From Candidatus Peregrinibacteria bacterium (GTDB lineage Bacteria; Patescibacteriota; Gracilibacteria; CAIRYL01; GCA-016699755), in contig CP065009.1 in NCBI GenBank assembly GCA_016699755.1, positions 298,098-362,097 on the forward strand: DNA of 64,000 nt, written 5' to 3'. Every line of letters starts with the position of its first letter. Within the stretch, counting starts at the first letter, position 1. Of this stretch, positions 8,801-18,030 are shown in pieces. Below the pieces are notes generated by a model. The model did no database searches. It was given only the letters and a program-made list of their open reading frames with translations, and was not told where the DNA came from. A program made the translations under genes and the position numbers.

Positions 8801-10140
8801 TTTTGGCGGAAGATGGGCAGAAGATGAGTAAATCGAAAAAGAATTATCCTGATCCTCAGATTATTTTTGATAAATTTGGAGCAGACGCCATGCGGTTTTA
8901 TCTTCTCAGTTCTCCTGCGGTTCGTGCCGAAGATCTTCGCTTTTCTGAAAATGGGGTAGAAGAAGTAGTGCGAAAGGTTCTTTTGCCACTCTGGAACGCC
9001 TATTCCTTTTTTGTGACCTACGCAAATATCGATTCTTGGACACCAGATGAAACCTTCAAAAAAAGTGATCACCTGCTCGATAAATGGGTGCTCTCGGAGC
9101 TTTCTGCCTTTATTCGTGATGTGCAAAATGCTTTTGACGCGTATGAGCTCGATAGTGCCTGCCGAAAAATTCCAGAGTTTCTCGAAAAACTGACAAATTT
9201 TTACATTCGCCGAAGTCGTCGTCGATTCTGGAAATCAGAAACCGATGACGATAAAAATGCTGCATTTCAAACGCTGTTTACCGTTCTTACGGAAACAGTA
9301 AAAGTTATTGCGCCCGCTATGCCATTTATATCGGAAGCAATTTGGCAAAATCTTCGACAGAAAAATAACGTATCTTCGGTGCATCATTCGGATTTTCCAA
9401 ATGCCGATGCATTTCCAGAAGATCGGGAGCTCGTGGAATCTCTCTCTGCAGTGCGTACTATTGTTTCACTGGCGTTGGCACTTCGTGCGCGCGAGAAGCA
9501 AAGAGTTCGTCAACCGCTTGCGCTTCTTAAAGTGGCGCTTCCGTCACGGTTCTCATCTGATATTCTTACGAAATACGAAGATATTCTTCTTGAAGAAGTG
9601 AATGTAAAAAAAGTGGAAGCAGTGCAAAACCCAGAGGAAATAGCGGAAAAATTTGCCAAACCCGATGCGCGAAAAATTGGTCCGAAATACGGAAAGGAGG
9701 TTCAGGAAATTATCCGTGAAGCAAAAAGCGGAAACTTTATCGAGCATGAAGATGGTTCGTGCACGGTTGCTGAAAAATGGGAACTTACTGCGGAAGAAAT
9801 TGAGATTGGCTTTTTGGGAAAAGAGGGGCTTTCTGCTCTTTCCGAAGCAGGAATTGTGGTGGCACTCGATACTATTGTTACACCAGATCTTTTACTGGAG
9901 GGGCACGCACGCGAACTCATTCGTAATATTCAAGAGCTTCGTAAAGAAGCGGAGTATGATATTTCCGACCGTATTTTACTCGGCATCTCTGGCGCAGATG
10001 ATATTCTTGCTCTTTTTGGCGAAATGATCGCTACGGAAACATTAGCGACGGAAATTTTGAAAGAAATTCCCTCTGCTGATATTGAAAAAACGATTTCGCT
10101 TGAAGGGAAAGATATCCATCTTTCATTATTATGGAAGTAG
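5884..10140 (+). CDS. ileS: isoleucyl-tRNA synthetase with inserted histidine-phosphatase and GNAT domains
   Basis: 'PHYGHIIAG' (HIGH), 'TTTPWTLPSN' editing domain, 'KMSKSKKN' (KMSKS), 'LDQTRGWFY'. Insert 1 is about 7504-8088 ('ARHGEASHN...CSPLHRTRQT...ITHGE'). Insert 2 is about 8197-8676 (GNAT: 'ISEKYQNQRFGRQTL...NAISFYERCGYKK'). ATG 5884 chosen ('MSSFQPVDPK'). Confidence 0.95.
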   Translation: MSSFQPVDPKASFPKLEEEILAFWKENNSFRKSLENRENAPLYTFNDGPPFATGLPHYGHIIAGTIKDVIPRYQTMRGKYVPRRFGWDCHGVPVEHEMEKQLGFKNRDDIEEYGVQNFCEACRGIVLKYTSEWEKSVERMGRWVDFKNDYKTMDPEYMEKIIGVFGKLWDKGMIYEGKKVVAYSPKLASTLSNFEANLNYKDIDDPAVTVKFELEEEPNTYFLAWTTTPWTLPSNLGLCVHPELEYVRFEIQSDNEDLQKRFGLKKGDRYIVAKGIFERARDEQIGLLRDLFLYQETGEFEASYRDPLVIQTLKGSNLIGKHYKSLFPFLKDLHGKGNLDFSSAFQVFGDDFVSDAEGTGIVHLAPTGEDDARILTANKVPLIYPFTETCYFDETIPPLAGKYFRVDPVVEGSKEDNANDWVIDALKESGKLMKREQIRHSYPHCWRTDCALMYRGIHTFFVDVQSIKSKMLKNNEDIHWVPDHIQHGRFGKILENAPDWAISRSRYWGAPIPVWKCELCQKREVANSVEEIAKKAKKNGTLFVARHGEASHNVRRIVSCVQDDSVSLTDEGRKQAEKLAEKIQSENIEYIFCSPLHRTRQTAEIIKKYANIPVEIVIDNRLREIDFGIMEGKTAEEWKSQFSTVSERYSTNPHGGETSAEVVERTFEFLSEVRTKYVNNKVLIITHGELVRHFQQYFWSASGEPLTLNPPETGSLFEFSFSARPENSNGEIDLHRPYIDKIVFNCACGGEMHRVPDVLDCWFESGSMPYASVSSEEYQKGGSLKMKPAETPEEFHQYHQIRKKEIFDRYHPDIVYDFDHPDEKDLESHPFVLIFQEEIIGTLRLDELDGETIALRVFAISEKYQNQRFGRQTLDLVEQFAREKGCYRIVLNANCNAISFYERCGYKKGFWEGDSTSGAIPMGKNISLKKGFPADFIAEGLDQTRGWFYTLHVLANALYDSPAFRNVIVNGIILAEDGQKMSKSKKNYPDPQIIFDKFGADAMRFYLLSSPAVRAEDLRFSENGVEEVVRKVLLPLWNAYSFFVTYANIDSWTPDETFKKSDHLLDKWVLSELSAFIRDVQNAFDAYELDSACRKIPEFLEKLTNFYIRRSRRRFWKSETDDDKNAAFQTLFTVLTETVKVIAPAMPFISEAIWQNLRQKNNVSSVHHSDFPNADAFPEDRELVESLSAVRTIVSLALALRAREKQRVRQPLALLKVALPSRFSSDILTKYEDILLEEVNVKKVEAVQNPEEIAEKFAKPDARKIGPKYGKEVQEIIREAKSGNFIEHEDGSCTVAEKWELTAEEIEIGFLGKEGLSALSEAGIVVALDTIVTPDLLLEGHARELIRNIQELRKEAEYDISDRILLGISGADDILALFGEMIATETLATEILKEIPSADIEKTISLEGKDIHLSLLWK

Positions 10141-10176
10141 GGATATTTCGTGATCTGCCATATAGGATGAACATAA

Positions 10177-10204
10177 AAAACCCCTTCTAAATAGGAGGGG
10201 TTTT
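10177..10204. terminator. bidirectional intrinsic terminator between convergent ileS and pilin-like gene
   Basis: AAAACCCCT-tctaaat-AGGGGTTTT: a GC stem flanked by an A-run and a T-run, so it reads as hairpin plus U-tract on both strands. Confidence 0.6.
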
Positions 10205-10229
10205 CGAAAACTTATTACAAATTAAGTTC

Positions 10230-10886
10230 TTAAATATTGGTGAAATAATCCATAACGAATCCAATAAGACCCGCAGCGAGTACTCCAACAAGCACTCCAA
10301 TAATTGCTCCAAGCATGGCTTTTCGTGCTTTTCGAATTTTTTCATCATCTCCGGCAGCAGTGGCATACATAATACCACCCCAGATGAGAACGGCAGTAGA
10401 AACAGCTACAACAAGCCATCCGAGAAAGCTGATAATTTTTTCGACAAGCCCCATAACATCAAAGGAGTTCGCGCTATCATCAATACCATCACAGTTTTCG
10501 TCAATTCCATTGCTTGGAATTTCTGCTGCATTTGGATGGAACGCAGATCCTGAAAATGACCGACCACTATATTTGTTGGTATCAATAATTTCGCTAATTT
10601 CTGGGACTGTCAGCTGATGATCATCCCCAAGGGTGTCACATCCACGACCTTCACGAAGTGTTGGGCAGTCACAAATAGCGGGTTCGTACCCTTTTACACC
10701 AAAGAAATTATTTCCATCACAACGGTTTTCTACTTCGTGCCCTGCTCCTAACACTGTAAAAGTACTATCTGAAAAGTATCCGTCATGATCGCTATCGGTG
10801 AGTGAACACGTTGCCGCATGTGCAGGAATTATTCCAACTCCTACCACAAAAAAAGGGAGGAGAAGAGATATGATATATTTTTTCAT
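10230..10886 (-). CDS. secreted Cys/Asp-rich protein with C-terminal TrbC/VirB2-type pilin-like membrane hairpin
   Basis: Signal peptide 'MKKYIISLLLPFFVVGVGIIPAHA', D-rich 'DSDHDGY' and 'NGIDENCDGIDD'. C-terminus 'VLIWGGIMYATAAGDDEKIRKARKAMLGAIIGVLVGV' is TM, charged loop, TM. Confidence 0.6.
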   Translation of the reverse strand: MKKYIISLLLPFFVVGVGIIPAHAATCSLTDSDHDGYFSDSTFTVLGAGHEVENRCDGNNFFGVKGYEPAICDCPTLREGRGCDTLGDDHQLTVPEISEIIDTNKYSGRSFSGSAFHPNAAEIPSNGIDENCDGIDDSANSFDVMGLVEKIISFLGWLVVAVSTAVLIWGGIMYATAAGDDEKIRKARKAMLGAIIGVLVGVLAAGLIGFVMDYFTNI

Positions 10887-11013
10887 GATTCTTTGGGAGA
10901 AGAAAACCAAGTTCTATTGTATCACAAGCCTCTTCCTCTGCGCAAATTTTCTCTTCTTCATGAGTGATGTTTTAAATGAATTTTAAAAAATTGATTGGAA
11001 AAGCCTGAGAAAT

Positions 11014-13383
11014 ATGAAAAGATGCTCTGGCATGGAAAAAACGATACGCGCCGCTGCCGTGGCGAAGCACATTGGCATTACTTCTCAGGATCTCCGAAAA
11101 ATGCTTTCGGAAGTAAATTTTGGTGTAAAACCAAACGATCGCGAATTTCCCGAATCGCTTGCATCTGGTATTGTGCGTTTTGCGGCACGTCGTCTTAACA
11201 GAGAGATTCCGCCACTTCCTGTTCATTATGATGAGGAAGATGACGAAGAGGAGGAGGAAGAGAGAGAAGATGACGAAGAGGAGGAGCAAGAAGATTTGTT
11301 AGAGCCCAAAAAAGAGACAGCATTTGATCGACTGAATCGTCTTGCAAAAACTCCATCTCAACGAGAAGAGAAGAAGATTGATCAAGAAGTAAAACCTCCT
11401 TCAGAAGAGGTTGCTGTTCCTGCGAAAGAGCAATCAGCAAAAGTAACACCCGCTATTTTTCGAAAAATAGAGGTTTCCCCAGAAGAGGCGGCGGCGGCGA
11501 AAAAACGCCACGAGGAAGAAGTACAAAAGTCTAAAGAAGACCGAGAGCAAGAAGCACTCGAGAAAAAAGCCATGGAGCGCCGAAAAAAGCGTGGTCATGT
11601 GCTTGTCAAAAAAGAAGGAGAAGTAGAAATTCCTGCTACTATTTCTATAAAAGAGTTTTCCGAAAAAGTGGGAGTTCCCGCAGGAGAAATAATCTCTGTC
11701 CTCCTCAAAAATGGAGTTATGGTGACCATGACACAGACACTCGACTTTGATACCTATGCGATTATTGCGCCAGAAATTGATGTTCAGATTCGCAGGGCAG
11801 AAGAAACAGGAAGCGCTGAAGCGCTGAAGGGTCGAAATCTTTTGGAACTGTTGGCAGATGAAAAAGAAAATCTTGTTCCTCGTCCTCCAGTTATTGTTGT
11901 TATGGGGCATGTTGATCATGGAAAAACAAAGATTCTTGATGCCATTCGTCAAACAAAAGTAGCAGAAGGAGAAGCTGGTGGAATTACACAGCATATTGGT
12001 GCTTATCAAATTGAAAAAAAAGGTCATCTACTTACCTTTCTCGATACCCCCGGACATGAGGCATTTACTGCAATGCGTGCTCGTGGTGCAAAAACAGCGG
12101 ATATCGCAATTCTCGTGGTTGCCGCAGATGAAGGTGTAAAACCACAAACTATTGAGGCAATTCACCATGCGCAGGAGGCGGGACTTCCCATTATTGTTGC
12201 CGTTAACAAAATTGACAAACCCGATGCAAATATTGAGAAGGTAAAAGGGGAGCTTGCGGTACACAGTCTTACTTCAGAAGATTGGGGTGGAGATACAGTG
12301 TTTGTTCCCGTTTCCGCTCTTCAAAATCAAGGAATTAGTGATCTTCTTGATATGGTTATTTTGCGATCTGAGTTTTTGGAGCTTACGGCAAACCCAAAAC
12401 GCCTTGCTATAGGAACAATCATCGAATCAAATCTTGATCATTCTCTTGGTCCTGTGGCGACAATTTTAGTGAATACTGGAACACTCTCCGTGGGGAATGA
12501 TTTTATTTTGGGTGAAGAGGGTGGACGCATAAAAACGATGCTCAATGATGAAGGAAAGAAAGTACAATTTGCTCTTCCTGGAATGCCGGTTCGTATTTCG
12601 GGTCTTTCGGAAGTTCCATCAACAGGGGAAATTTTGCAGGTGCTTCCCAATGCGAAGGCAGTTCGTGAGAAAAGAGAAGAACTCCGTTCCCTTCACGACG
12701 AAGAAAAGGCGGCAGGAGCGAGTTTGACTGAGATTATGGCAGGCTTACAGCAGGGATCTATAAAATTCCTGAAGCTCGTGCTCAAAACCGATACAGAAGG
12801 GTCGCTTGAGGCGGTACGACAAGCGATTGAAAAAATTGAAAGCAAAGAGGTTCGTCCAAAAATTATTCATGCGGCGGTCGGAGGGGTAACAGAGACAGAT
12901 ATTATGATGGCGGCGGCAAGTCAGGGAATTGTATTTGGCTTCCATGTTGCCGTTTCTCCAAGGGTGCGTCGTATTGCTGAGAAAGAAAAAGTGGAAGTAC
13001 AAAACTATGAAATCATTTATCAGTTGGTAGATGACATTAGGCAAATTCTTTCAGGACTTTTGGAGCCAGAAGTGGTGGAAGAGGTGTTAGGACAAATTGA
13101 CGTGAAGCAGATTTTCTACACAAAAAAGAAGATGATGATTGTAGGATGTCGCATTCGAAAAGGATATGCCGAAAATGGCGCTCTTGTTCGTATTTTTCGT
13201 GGCGAGAATCAAGAAGAGCCAGTGGGACAAGGAAAAATTGCTTCTTTGCAACATTTCGAAAAGAAAGTGCAAAAAATAGAAGAAAATCAAGATTGTGGTA
13301 TTCAGTTTGAAGGAAAAATTTCCATAGAAGAAGGAGATCGCCTTGAGGTCTACAAGCTTGAAGAACGTATGCGAACACTCTAA
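11014..13383 (+). CDS. infB: translation initiation factor IF-2
   Basis: '[18 protein letters not shown]', 'DTPGHEAF', 'NKIDK' GTPase motifs and an acidic/lysine-rich N-terminal region. Start may be 11032. Confidence 0.95.
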   Translation: MKRCSGMEKTIRAAAVAKHIGITSQDLRKMLSEVNFGVKPNDREFPESLASGIVRFAARRLNREIPPLPVHYDEEDDEEEEEEREDDEEEEQEDLLEPKKETAFDRLNRLAKTPSQREEKKIDQEVKPPSEEVAVPAKEQSAKVTPAIFRKIEVSPEEAAAAKKRHEEEVQKSKEDREQEALEKKAMERRKKRGHVLVKKEGEVEIPATISIKEFSEKVGVPAGEIISVLLKNGVMVTMTQTLDFDTYAIIAPEIDVQIRRAEETGSAEALKGRNLLELLADEKENLVPRPPVIVVMGHVDHGKTKILDAIRQTKVAEGEAGGITQHIGAYQIEKKGHLLTFLDTPGHEAFTAMRARGAKTADIAILVVAADEGVKPQTIEAIHHAQEAGLPIIVAVNKIDKPDANIEKVKGELAVHSLTSEDWGGDTVFVPVSALQNQGISDLLDMVILRSEFLELTANPKRLAIGTIIESNLDHSLGPVATILVNTGTLSVGNDFILGEEGGRIKTMLNDEGKKVQFALPGMPVRISGLSEVPSTGEILQVLPNAKAVREKREELRSLHDEEKAAGASLTEIMAGLQQGSIKFLKLVLKTDTEGSLEAVRQAIEKIESKEVRPKIIHAAVGGVTETDIMMAAASQGIVFGFHVAVSPRVRRIAEKEKVEVQNYEIIYQLVDDIRQILSGLLEPEVVEEVLGQIDVKQIFYTKKKMMIVGCRIRKGYAENGALVRIFRGENQEEPVGQGKIASLQHFEKKVQKIEENQDCGIQFEGKISIEEGDRLEVYKLEERMRTL

Positions 13384-13874
13384 AAAATCTTTAAGTGTAG
13401 AAAATGTATAGTGGATGATGTCTTTGTGGGCATATATCCTTTTCTCTTAATGGAGAGTCGAGCGATCCTCATCTTTGCTATTGTAAAATGTGTCAGAGTT
13501 GGTCGGAAGCGCCGGTTGTTGCATGGGTAATTTTTCCTCTTTCGTCTACTACCTATAAAGGTGAATAGTCAAAACTCTATCGCTCTTCACAAAATACACA
13601 GCGTTGATTTTGTCCTCACTGTGGGAGCGCTCTTTTTGCGCTAGGTGACGGAAGCGATATAATTTGTATGACGACTTCTGTTCTGAATGAGAAAGACACT
13701 ATTTTTCCAAAACTTGAGAGTTTTCCTGAAAGCGCGCCGCATGTAAATGAGTACAATAAAGTCTTTTTTCAGAGTCGTTCCGAATTGAAAAAGAGTGTTT
13801 CATCTACCTGGAAAGGATAAAAATATATCTGAAAATCTAAAAACTCACTTTTGACAATTCTTTGTATCAAGAGG

Positions 13875-14195
13875 ATGATGTGGATGATGAAACCTGTTCA
13901 GCTTCTTCATCTTCTCCGGCACGTAGAGCAAACGACAGTCTGTCCACAATGCAGTGCTTCTGTGTTACCGGAAAACGTCCATGTTCTCTCTTCTGTTGGA
14001 AATTCCGCCGTGCTTCAGCTTTCGTGTCCGCAGTGTCATCACGATTTTTTTGCAAATATTTTTCTTCATCATTCGGATGTGTATTCAGAACTTTCTTCTG
14101 AACAGGAAGGGGAAAGAGAAATCCTAGAGATGAATTATGCGCATGATGTTCTTTCTCGCGACGTTGTGAACGTATCAGAACTTTTTTCTTCTTAA
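13875..14195 (+). CDS. hypothetical zinc-ribbon-like protein
   Basis: Two CxxC pairs ('CPQCSA...CPQCHH'). Start ambiguous (13851-13887). Confidence 0.4.
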   Translation: MMWMMKPVQLLHLLRHVEQTTVCPQCSASVLPENVHVLSSVGNSAVLQLSCPQCHHDFFANIFLHHSDVYSELSSEQEGEREILEMNYAHDVLSRDVVNVSELFSS

Positions 14196-14197
14196 TC

Positions 14198-14725
14198 GTG
14201 AGATATACCCTCCTTCTCTTTTCACTTCTTCTTCTTTCTGCGTGTGCGTTGTTTCCTGATTCAGCGCAAGAAAAATTGACGATTGTGGGAGATCAAACAA
14301 AAGAAACACTCGGAAAGGGGAAGGAGGCCGCAAAAAAACTTGAAGTAAATGCTCTAAAAATTCGTGATGATGTTCAGCAAAAGGTAGGAGAATTTCAAAA
14401 AGCTGTTCGTGAAGTTCAAGAAGCGCAGGATGCAATTTCCACACTTCTTGGCTCAAATCAATCTTCCTCAGATGTTCCTTTTGATCTTTGTACTGTTGAT
14501 GAAGATTGTATTCTTGTTTCCTATGAGGGGTGCTGTTCTTCAGTAATTTCGATAAATCGAAGTTTTGTTTCTAAATATAACGCCCATCCAGAATGGAGTG
14601 GAAAAAACAATACTCCTTCTTGTGTACAAGAGAGGTGTTTAGGAATGTTTGACGAAAATTCTCTTCCGGTGTGTCAGTCAGATGGAGATGGCAAGAAAAG
14701 GTGTGGTCTTATGCCCCCTCCATAA
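14198..14725 (+). CDS. putative lipoprotein
   Basis: GTG start, lipobox-like 'LLLLSAC', Cys-rich C-terminal half. Confidence 0.55.
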   Translation: MRYTLLLFSLLLLSACALFPDSAQEKLTIVGDQTKETLGKGKEAAKKLEVNALKIRDDVQQKVGEFQKAVREVQEAQDAISTLLGSNQSSSDVPFDLCTVDEDCILVSYEGCCSSVISINRSFVSKYNAHPEWSGKNNTPSCVQERCLGMFDENSLPVCQSDGDGKKRCGLMPPP

Positions 14726-15005
14726 CACTTGATTTTTGTTTTATCCCAAAAGAGCTTAGGAGTTTTACTGTCATGGAAAATCCAGTGAGAGCAAAAAGAA
14801 TTTGCATTGCTCCAAAGAACATCAACACCAAGTAAAATGCCGGATGAAAAACGATCCCCAAAAAGATAAAAATAAAATTAGTCGCTCCACTTATTAAAAA
14901 AAGGAATCGTTCGATGTACCACTTATCGAGTGGCCAGTCGAATCCCTCTATGGGTTCAGTTGCTTTTTTTTCAACATCAGCAATAATTTCTGTTATTTTC
15001 TTCAT
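14709..15005 (-). CDS. small two-helix membrane protein
   Basis: 98 aa with two long hydrophobic segments. Family not recognised with confidence. Confidence 0.45.
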   Translation of the reverse strand: MKKITEIIADVEKKATEPIEGFDWPLDKWYIERFLFLISGATNFIFIFLGIVFHPAFYLVLMFFGAMQILFALTGFSMTVKLLSSFGIKQKSSVMEGA

Positions 15006-15116
15006 TGTATTTTTGGAAAGACATTCTGTACTATATCATTTTTTTAGTGATTTTTAAATGCCAACAGTTGACATTTATTTTTTAAGGTATTAAAAGGGAA
15101 TTCATATCAATTTTCT

Positions 15117-15932
15117 ATGAAAAGAAATGGGAGTTCTCTCAGAAATCTTCTTCTATTTTCACTTCTTCTTTTTCTCTTGAGCTTCTTTTTGAGAGGAGTG
15201 TCATTGGGAGAGGAGGGTAATTTTCAAAAGAGTGCTAAAAATGGTGTTTTCGATTCCGTGCTCTTTTTTCATCAATTTCAACAGCAAATTCCTCTTTTTT
15301 CTGCTCTCTCTGGAGTTCGGGAGAGCTCAATTCTCGTTTCTGTTTTGAATAATGCAAATTTTTCTTCCGCTTTTTTGGGAGTTCAAGATTCAGTTAGTCT
15401 TTCTACTTTGCCACTTGAAAGCCCAGACATCTTTTCGGAAGAATTTGCTTTTCTACGGTCTGCGCAAAATCTTCTTCGACTTGATATTCGAAATGAAATT
15501 CTCTCTACTCCATATCGGACTAATCGTTTTCAGCGCTTAGAAACTGATTTTCAAACATCCTTATCTCGCGGAAACTATCTCTTCCAACGTTTACAACAAC
15601 AAGAATCGCGCTTAAGATCTCTTTCTGAGTCTTCTCGACAAGAATCTGAGCAATTTCGAAAAGAATTTTCTCAACGTATGGAGGCACTTGATGCAAAAGG
15701 AGTTCAGCAGGCAATAACAAACTTTACGGATTCTGATAAAAATATTATCGAAAAGAACGCAGAGCTTGTTCGAATTATTCGTCTTGAAGAGCAAATTTCT
15801 CCGCTTCTTTCTGCTCTTCAGGTTCGTGAATCGGCGATGCTCAAAAATCGTGATGCCCTTCTTGCTGGAGTTCAAATGGATGCACAAACAGCTCGTTCCC
15901 TCGGACTCTTTTTTTCTGAATCAGAAAAATAA
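15117..15932 (+). CDS. secreted coiled-coil-like hypothetical protein
   Basis: Signal/anchor 'LLLFSLLLFLLSFFL', Q/E/R/S-rich remainder. Confidence 0.5.
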   Translation: MKRNGSSLRNLLLFSLLLFLLSFFLRGVSLGEEGNFQKSAKNGVFDSVLFFHQFQQQIPLFSALSGVRESSILVSVLNNANFSSAFLGVQDSVSLSTLPLESPDIFSEEFAFLRSAQNLLRLDIRNEILSTPYRTNRFQRLETDFQTSLSRGNYLFQRLQQQESRLRSLSESSRQESEQFRKEFSQRMEALDAKGVQQAITNFTDSDKNIIEKNAELVRIIRLEEQISPLLSALQVRESAMLKNRDALLAGVQMDAQTARSLGLFFSESEK

Positions 15933-16004
15933 TATATTTTTTACCATTAGTGATGAATTTTATCACATAAAATAGTTTTCCACTTTTTACTATTACTCAG
16001 CAGA

Positions 16005-17984
16005 ATGCCGTTTCTGAGTGATAAAAAAAGAAAAGAAACAGAAGAAAAACCAAGACTTGTTTTTTTTAGAGAAAGCAGAGAAAATGTGAAACGATTCTTT
16101 TTTTGGTGCATGGGATTTAAGGTATTTTCAGCACTTCGTCAGGAGGAAAAGGGGGGAGCATTTGTTCGGGTGTTTGAGAAAAAAGTTGGAGATCAACAGC
16201 TTTGGGTTGTTGGTCATTTTCCTGAGTCTAGCCACATGGCGGATGAAGTTCTTCGAGTCATTCGTGATATTGCTGTTTCAAAGATTCTCGATGACCATAT
16301 TGGTGATGAGCAGGACATGTTTGAGTCTGTTCTCAAGGTGGTAAATGAGAAGCTTTCAGAAATGCTTTCAGAAGAAGAGGCGGAGAGTATTTTACGAAAT
16401 GGGAGTATGCTCATTTCCTTTCTCTCTGGAGACCTTCTCCTTCTCTCAAATTACGGTCAAGGGGAGGTATTCCTTCTTCGTGAGAGTGCGCTTCTTGAGG
16501 TTTCTGAGGGGATTTCTCCCGTGATGACTGGAACTGATTTTTTCCAAAATGTAAGTAGTGGTGATCTCCAAAATGGAGATCGTATTGTTATTTCTACTGT
16601 TCGTTTACAGAGATTTGTAACAGAGCGCCATCTTTCTCGAATTCTTTCGGACGGGGGAGTGACAGAGTCGCTTGAGAGTATATCCTCTTGTATTGATCCT
16701 CAGGAAGGATACGGGCTTTTGGTGATGAATATCAAAACGGCTGATCCGCTTCCTTTCCCAGAAGAGCGCTCTATGAATGATCGCACTTCCATTTCCCCAG
16801 GGAGAAGAACGAGCCCCGTTACCCAATTTTCAGAAATTGCCAATCGTTTTTCTGAAGATGTTTTGCAACGTGCAAAGGCACTTCCTTCTTCTCTGCTTTT
16901 GTTGGGAGGTGCTGTTATTTTGGCGCTCCTCCTTCTTTTTCTCTTTTTTTCTCTTCTTTCAAAAGAGCAGGATACACGTCAATCGAGTGAGTTTTCTGAG
17001 TTTGTAAAAAATGTGGAACAAGATTTTTCCAATGTAGACACACGAGTTATTGAAGGAAAAACTGATCAGGCGAATCTTCTTCTTGATGCCATTGAGCAAA
17101 ATGCTCGAAAAATGTTGGAACAACGTGTTGACCTCGCAAATGCGGAAAAAATACTCACACATGTTCAGGAGCAACGAGAAAGTGTGAACCATATTATGCG
17201 GATTACAAATCCAGAGGTATTTTCTGATCTTCGTCCACTAAAATCTGATATTTCTACAAAGGGCATCTCCTTTTTAAAGAACGAATTTTTAGTATACGAC
17301 AAAAATTCTCTTTATCGTATTCTTGCTTCTACTACCCATCCTGAAAATGTTGGTGTGCTAAGCGCTTCTGATAAGGTTCAGTTTTTGACCGCCCTTTCTT
17401 CAAAAGATGAACTTGTTTTTGTTACGGAAAACGGAAGCGTTTTTGAGTGGCAAAATGGTCAAGTGATTTCTGCTGATACGGCAGATAAAACGTGGAAAAC
17501 GGCGAGTGATATTGGTGTTTTTAGTAAGTTTCTCTATTTTTTGAGCCCTTCTGACAATCAGATATGGAAATACGAACGTCGAGAGAGTGGATTTACTATC
17601 CCTGAGGGGTGGATAACCGATGAAACAGTGAATATTTCTGATGCCATTTCCTTTGCTATTGACGGAAGTGTTTTTGTTCTCCTGAAGGATGGAACAATTC
17701 AGAAATACCATCGAGGAGAGTCGCAACCATACGAAGTAAAGGGAACTCCCGGAGGAGCGCTTTTGGGAAGCAAAATCTTTACGAATGACACACTTGCGTC
17801 GCTGTTTGTTCTCGATCCTAAGGAGAAACGAATATTTATTTATGAGAAATACGAAAATGAGGCAGTATACAAGAAACAAATCGTCATTGAGAATACTGAA
17901 CCGATTGTCGATTTTTATGTTGTCGGGAATACAATTTATCTTCTTGGACAACAACAAATATATAGTGTCACCATTCCTGAGTAG
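16005..17984 (+). CDS. membrane protein with degenerate PP2C-like N-domain and large extracytoplasmic C-domain
   Basis: 'MLISFLSGDLLLLSNYGQGEVFLLRE' and 'LQNGDRIVISTVRLQRFV' mimic PP2C blocks, but the metal-binding GDSR reads GQGE. One TM ('LLLLGGAVILALLLLFLFFSLL'), then a beta-rich C-terminus. Confidence 0.45.
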   Translation: MPFLSDKKRKETEEKPRLVFFRESRENVKRFFFWCMGFKVFSALRQEEKGGAFVRVFEKKVGDQQLWVVGHFPESSHMADEVLRVIRDIAVSKILDDHIGDEQDMFESVLKVVNEKLSEMLSEEEAESILRNGSMLISFLSGDLLLLSNYGQGEVFLLRESALLEVSEGISPVMTGTDFFQNVSSGDLQNGDRIVISTVRLQRFVTERHLSRILSDGGVTESLESISSCIDPQEGYGLLVMNIKTADPLPFPEERSMNDRTSISPGRRTSPVTQFSEIANRFSEDVLQRAKALPSSLLLLGGAVILALLLLFLFFSLLSKEQDTRQSSEFSEFVKNVEQDFSNVDTRVIEGKTDQANLLLDAIEQNARKMLEQRVDLANAEKILTHVQEQRESVNHIMRITNPEVFSDLRPLKSDISTKGISFLKNEFLVYDKNSLYRILASTTHPENVGVLSASDKVQFLTALSSKDELVFVTENGSVFEWQNGQVISADTADKTWKTASDIGVFSKFLYFLSPSDNQIWKYERRESGFTIPEGWITDETVNISDAISFAIDGSVFVLLKDGTIQKYHRGESQPYEVKGTPGGALLGSKIFTNDTLASLFVLDPKEKRIFIYEKYENEAVYKKQIVIENTEPIVDFYVVGNTIYLLGQQQIYSVTIPE

Positions 17985-18030
17985 GTTTTGGAAAATCTCT
18001 GATATTTCTTGAGAAGAAAATAGCGATAGA

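Noticed and set aside
5983-9747. Numerous 60-225-aa ORFs antisense to or out of frame within ileS, and similar shadow ORFs inside infB, thrC, GH15, relA, htrA and others
   Set aside because: They lie wholly inside strongly supported long genes, are low-complexity and F/L/K-rich as expected for shadow frames of AT-rich DNA, and none carries a recognisable motif.
15068-15096. Sigma-70-like promoter (TTGACA at 15068-15073) upstream of 15117
   Set aside because: The best -10-like hexamers give spacers of 14 nt (TATTAA) or a poor match at 17 nt (TAAAAG). The evidence is too weak to annotate.
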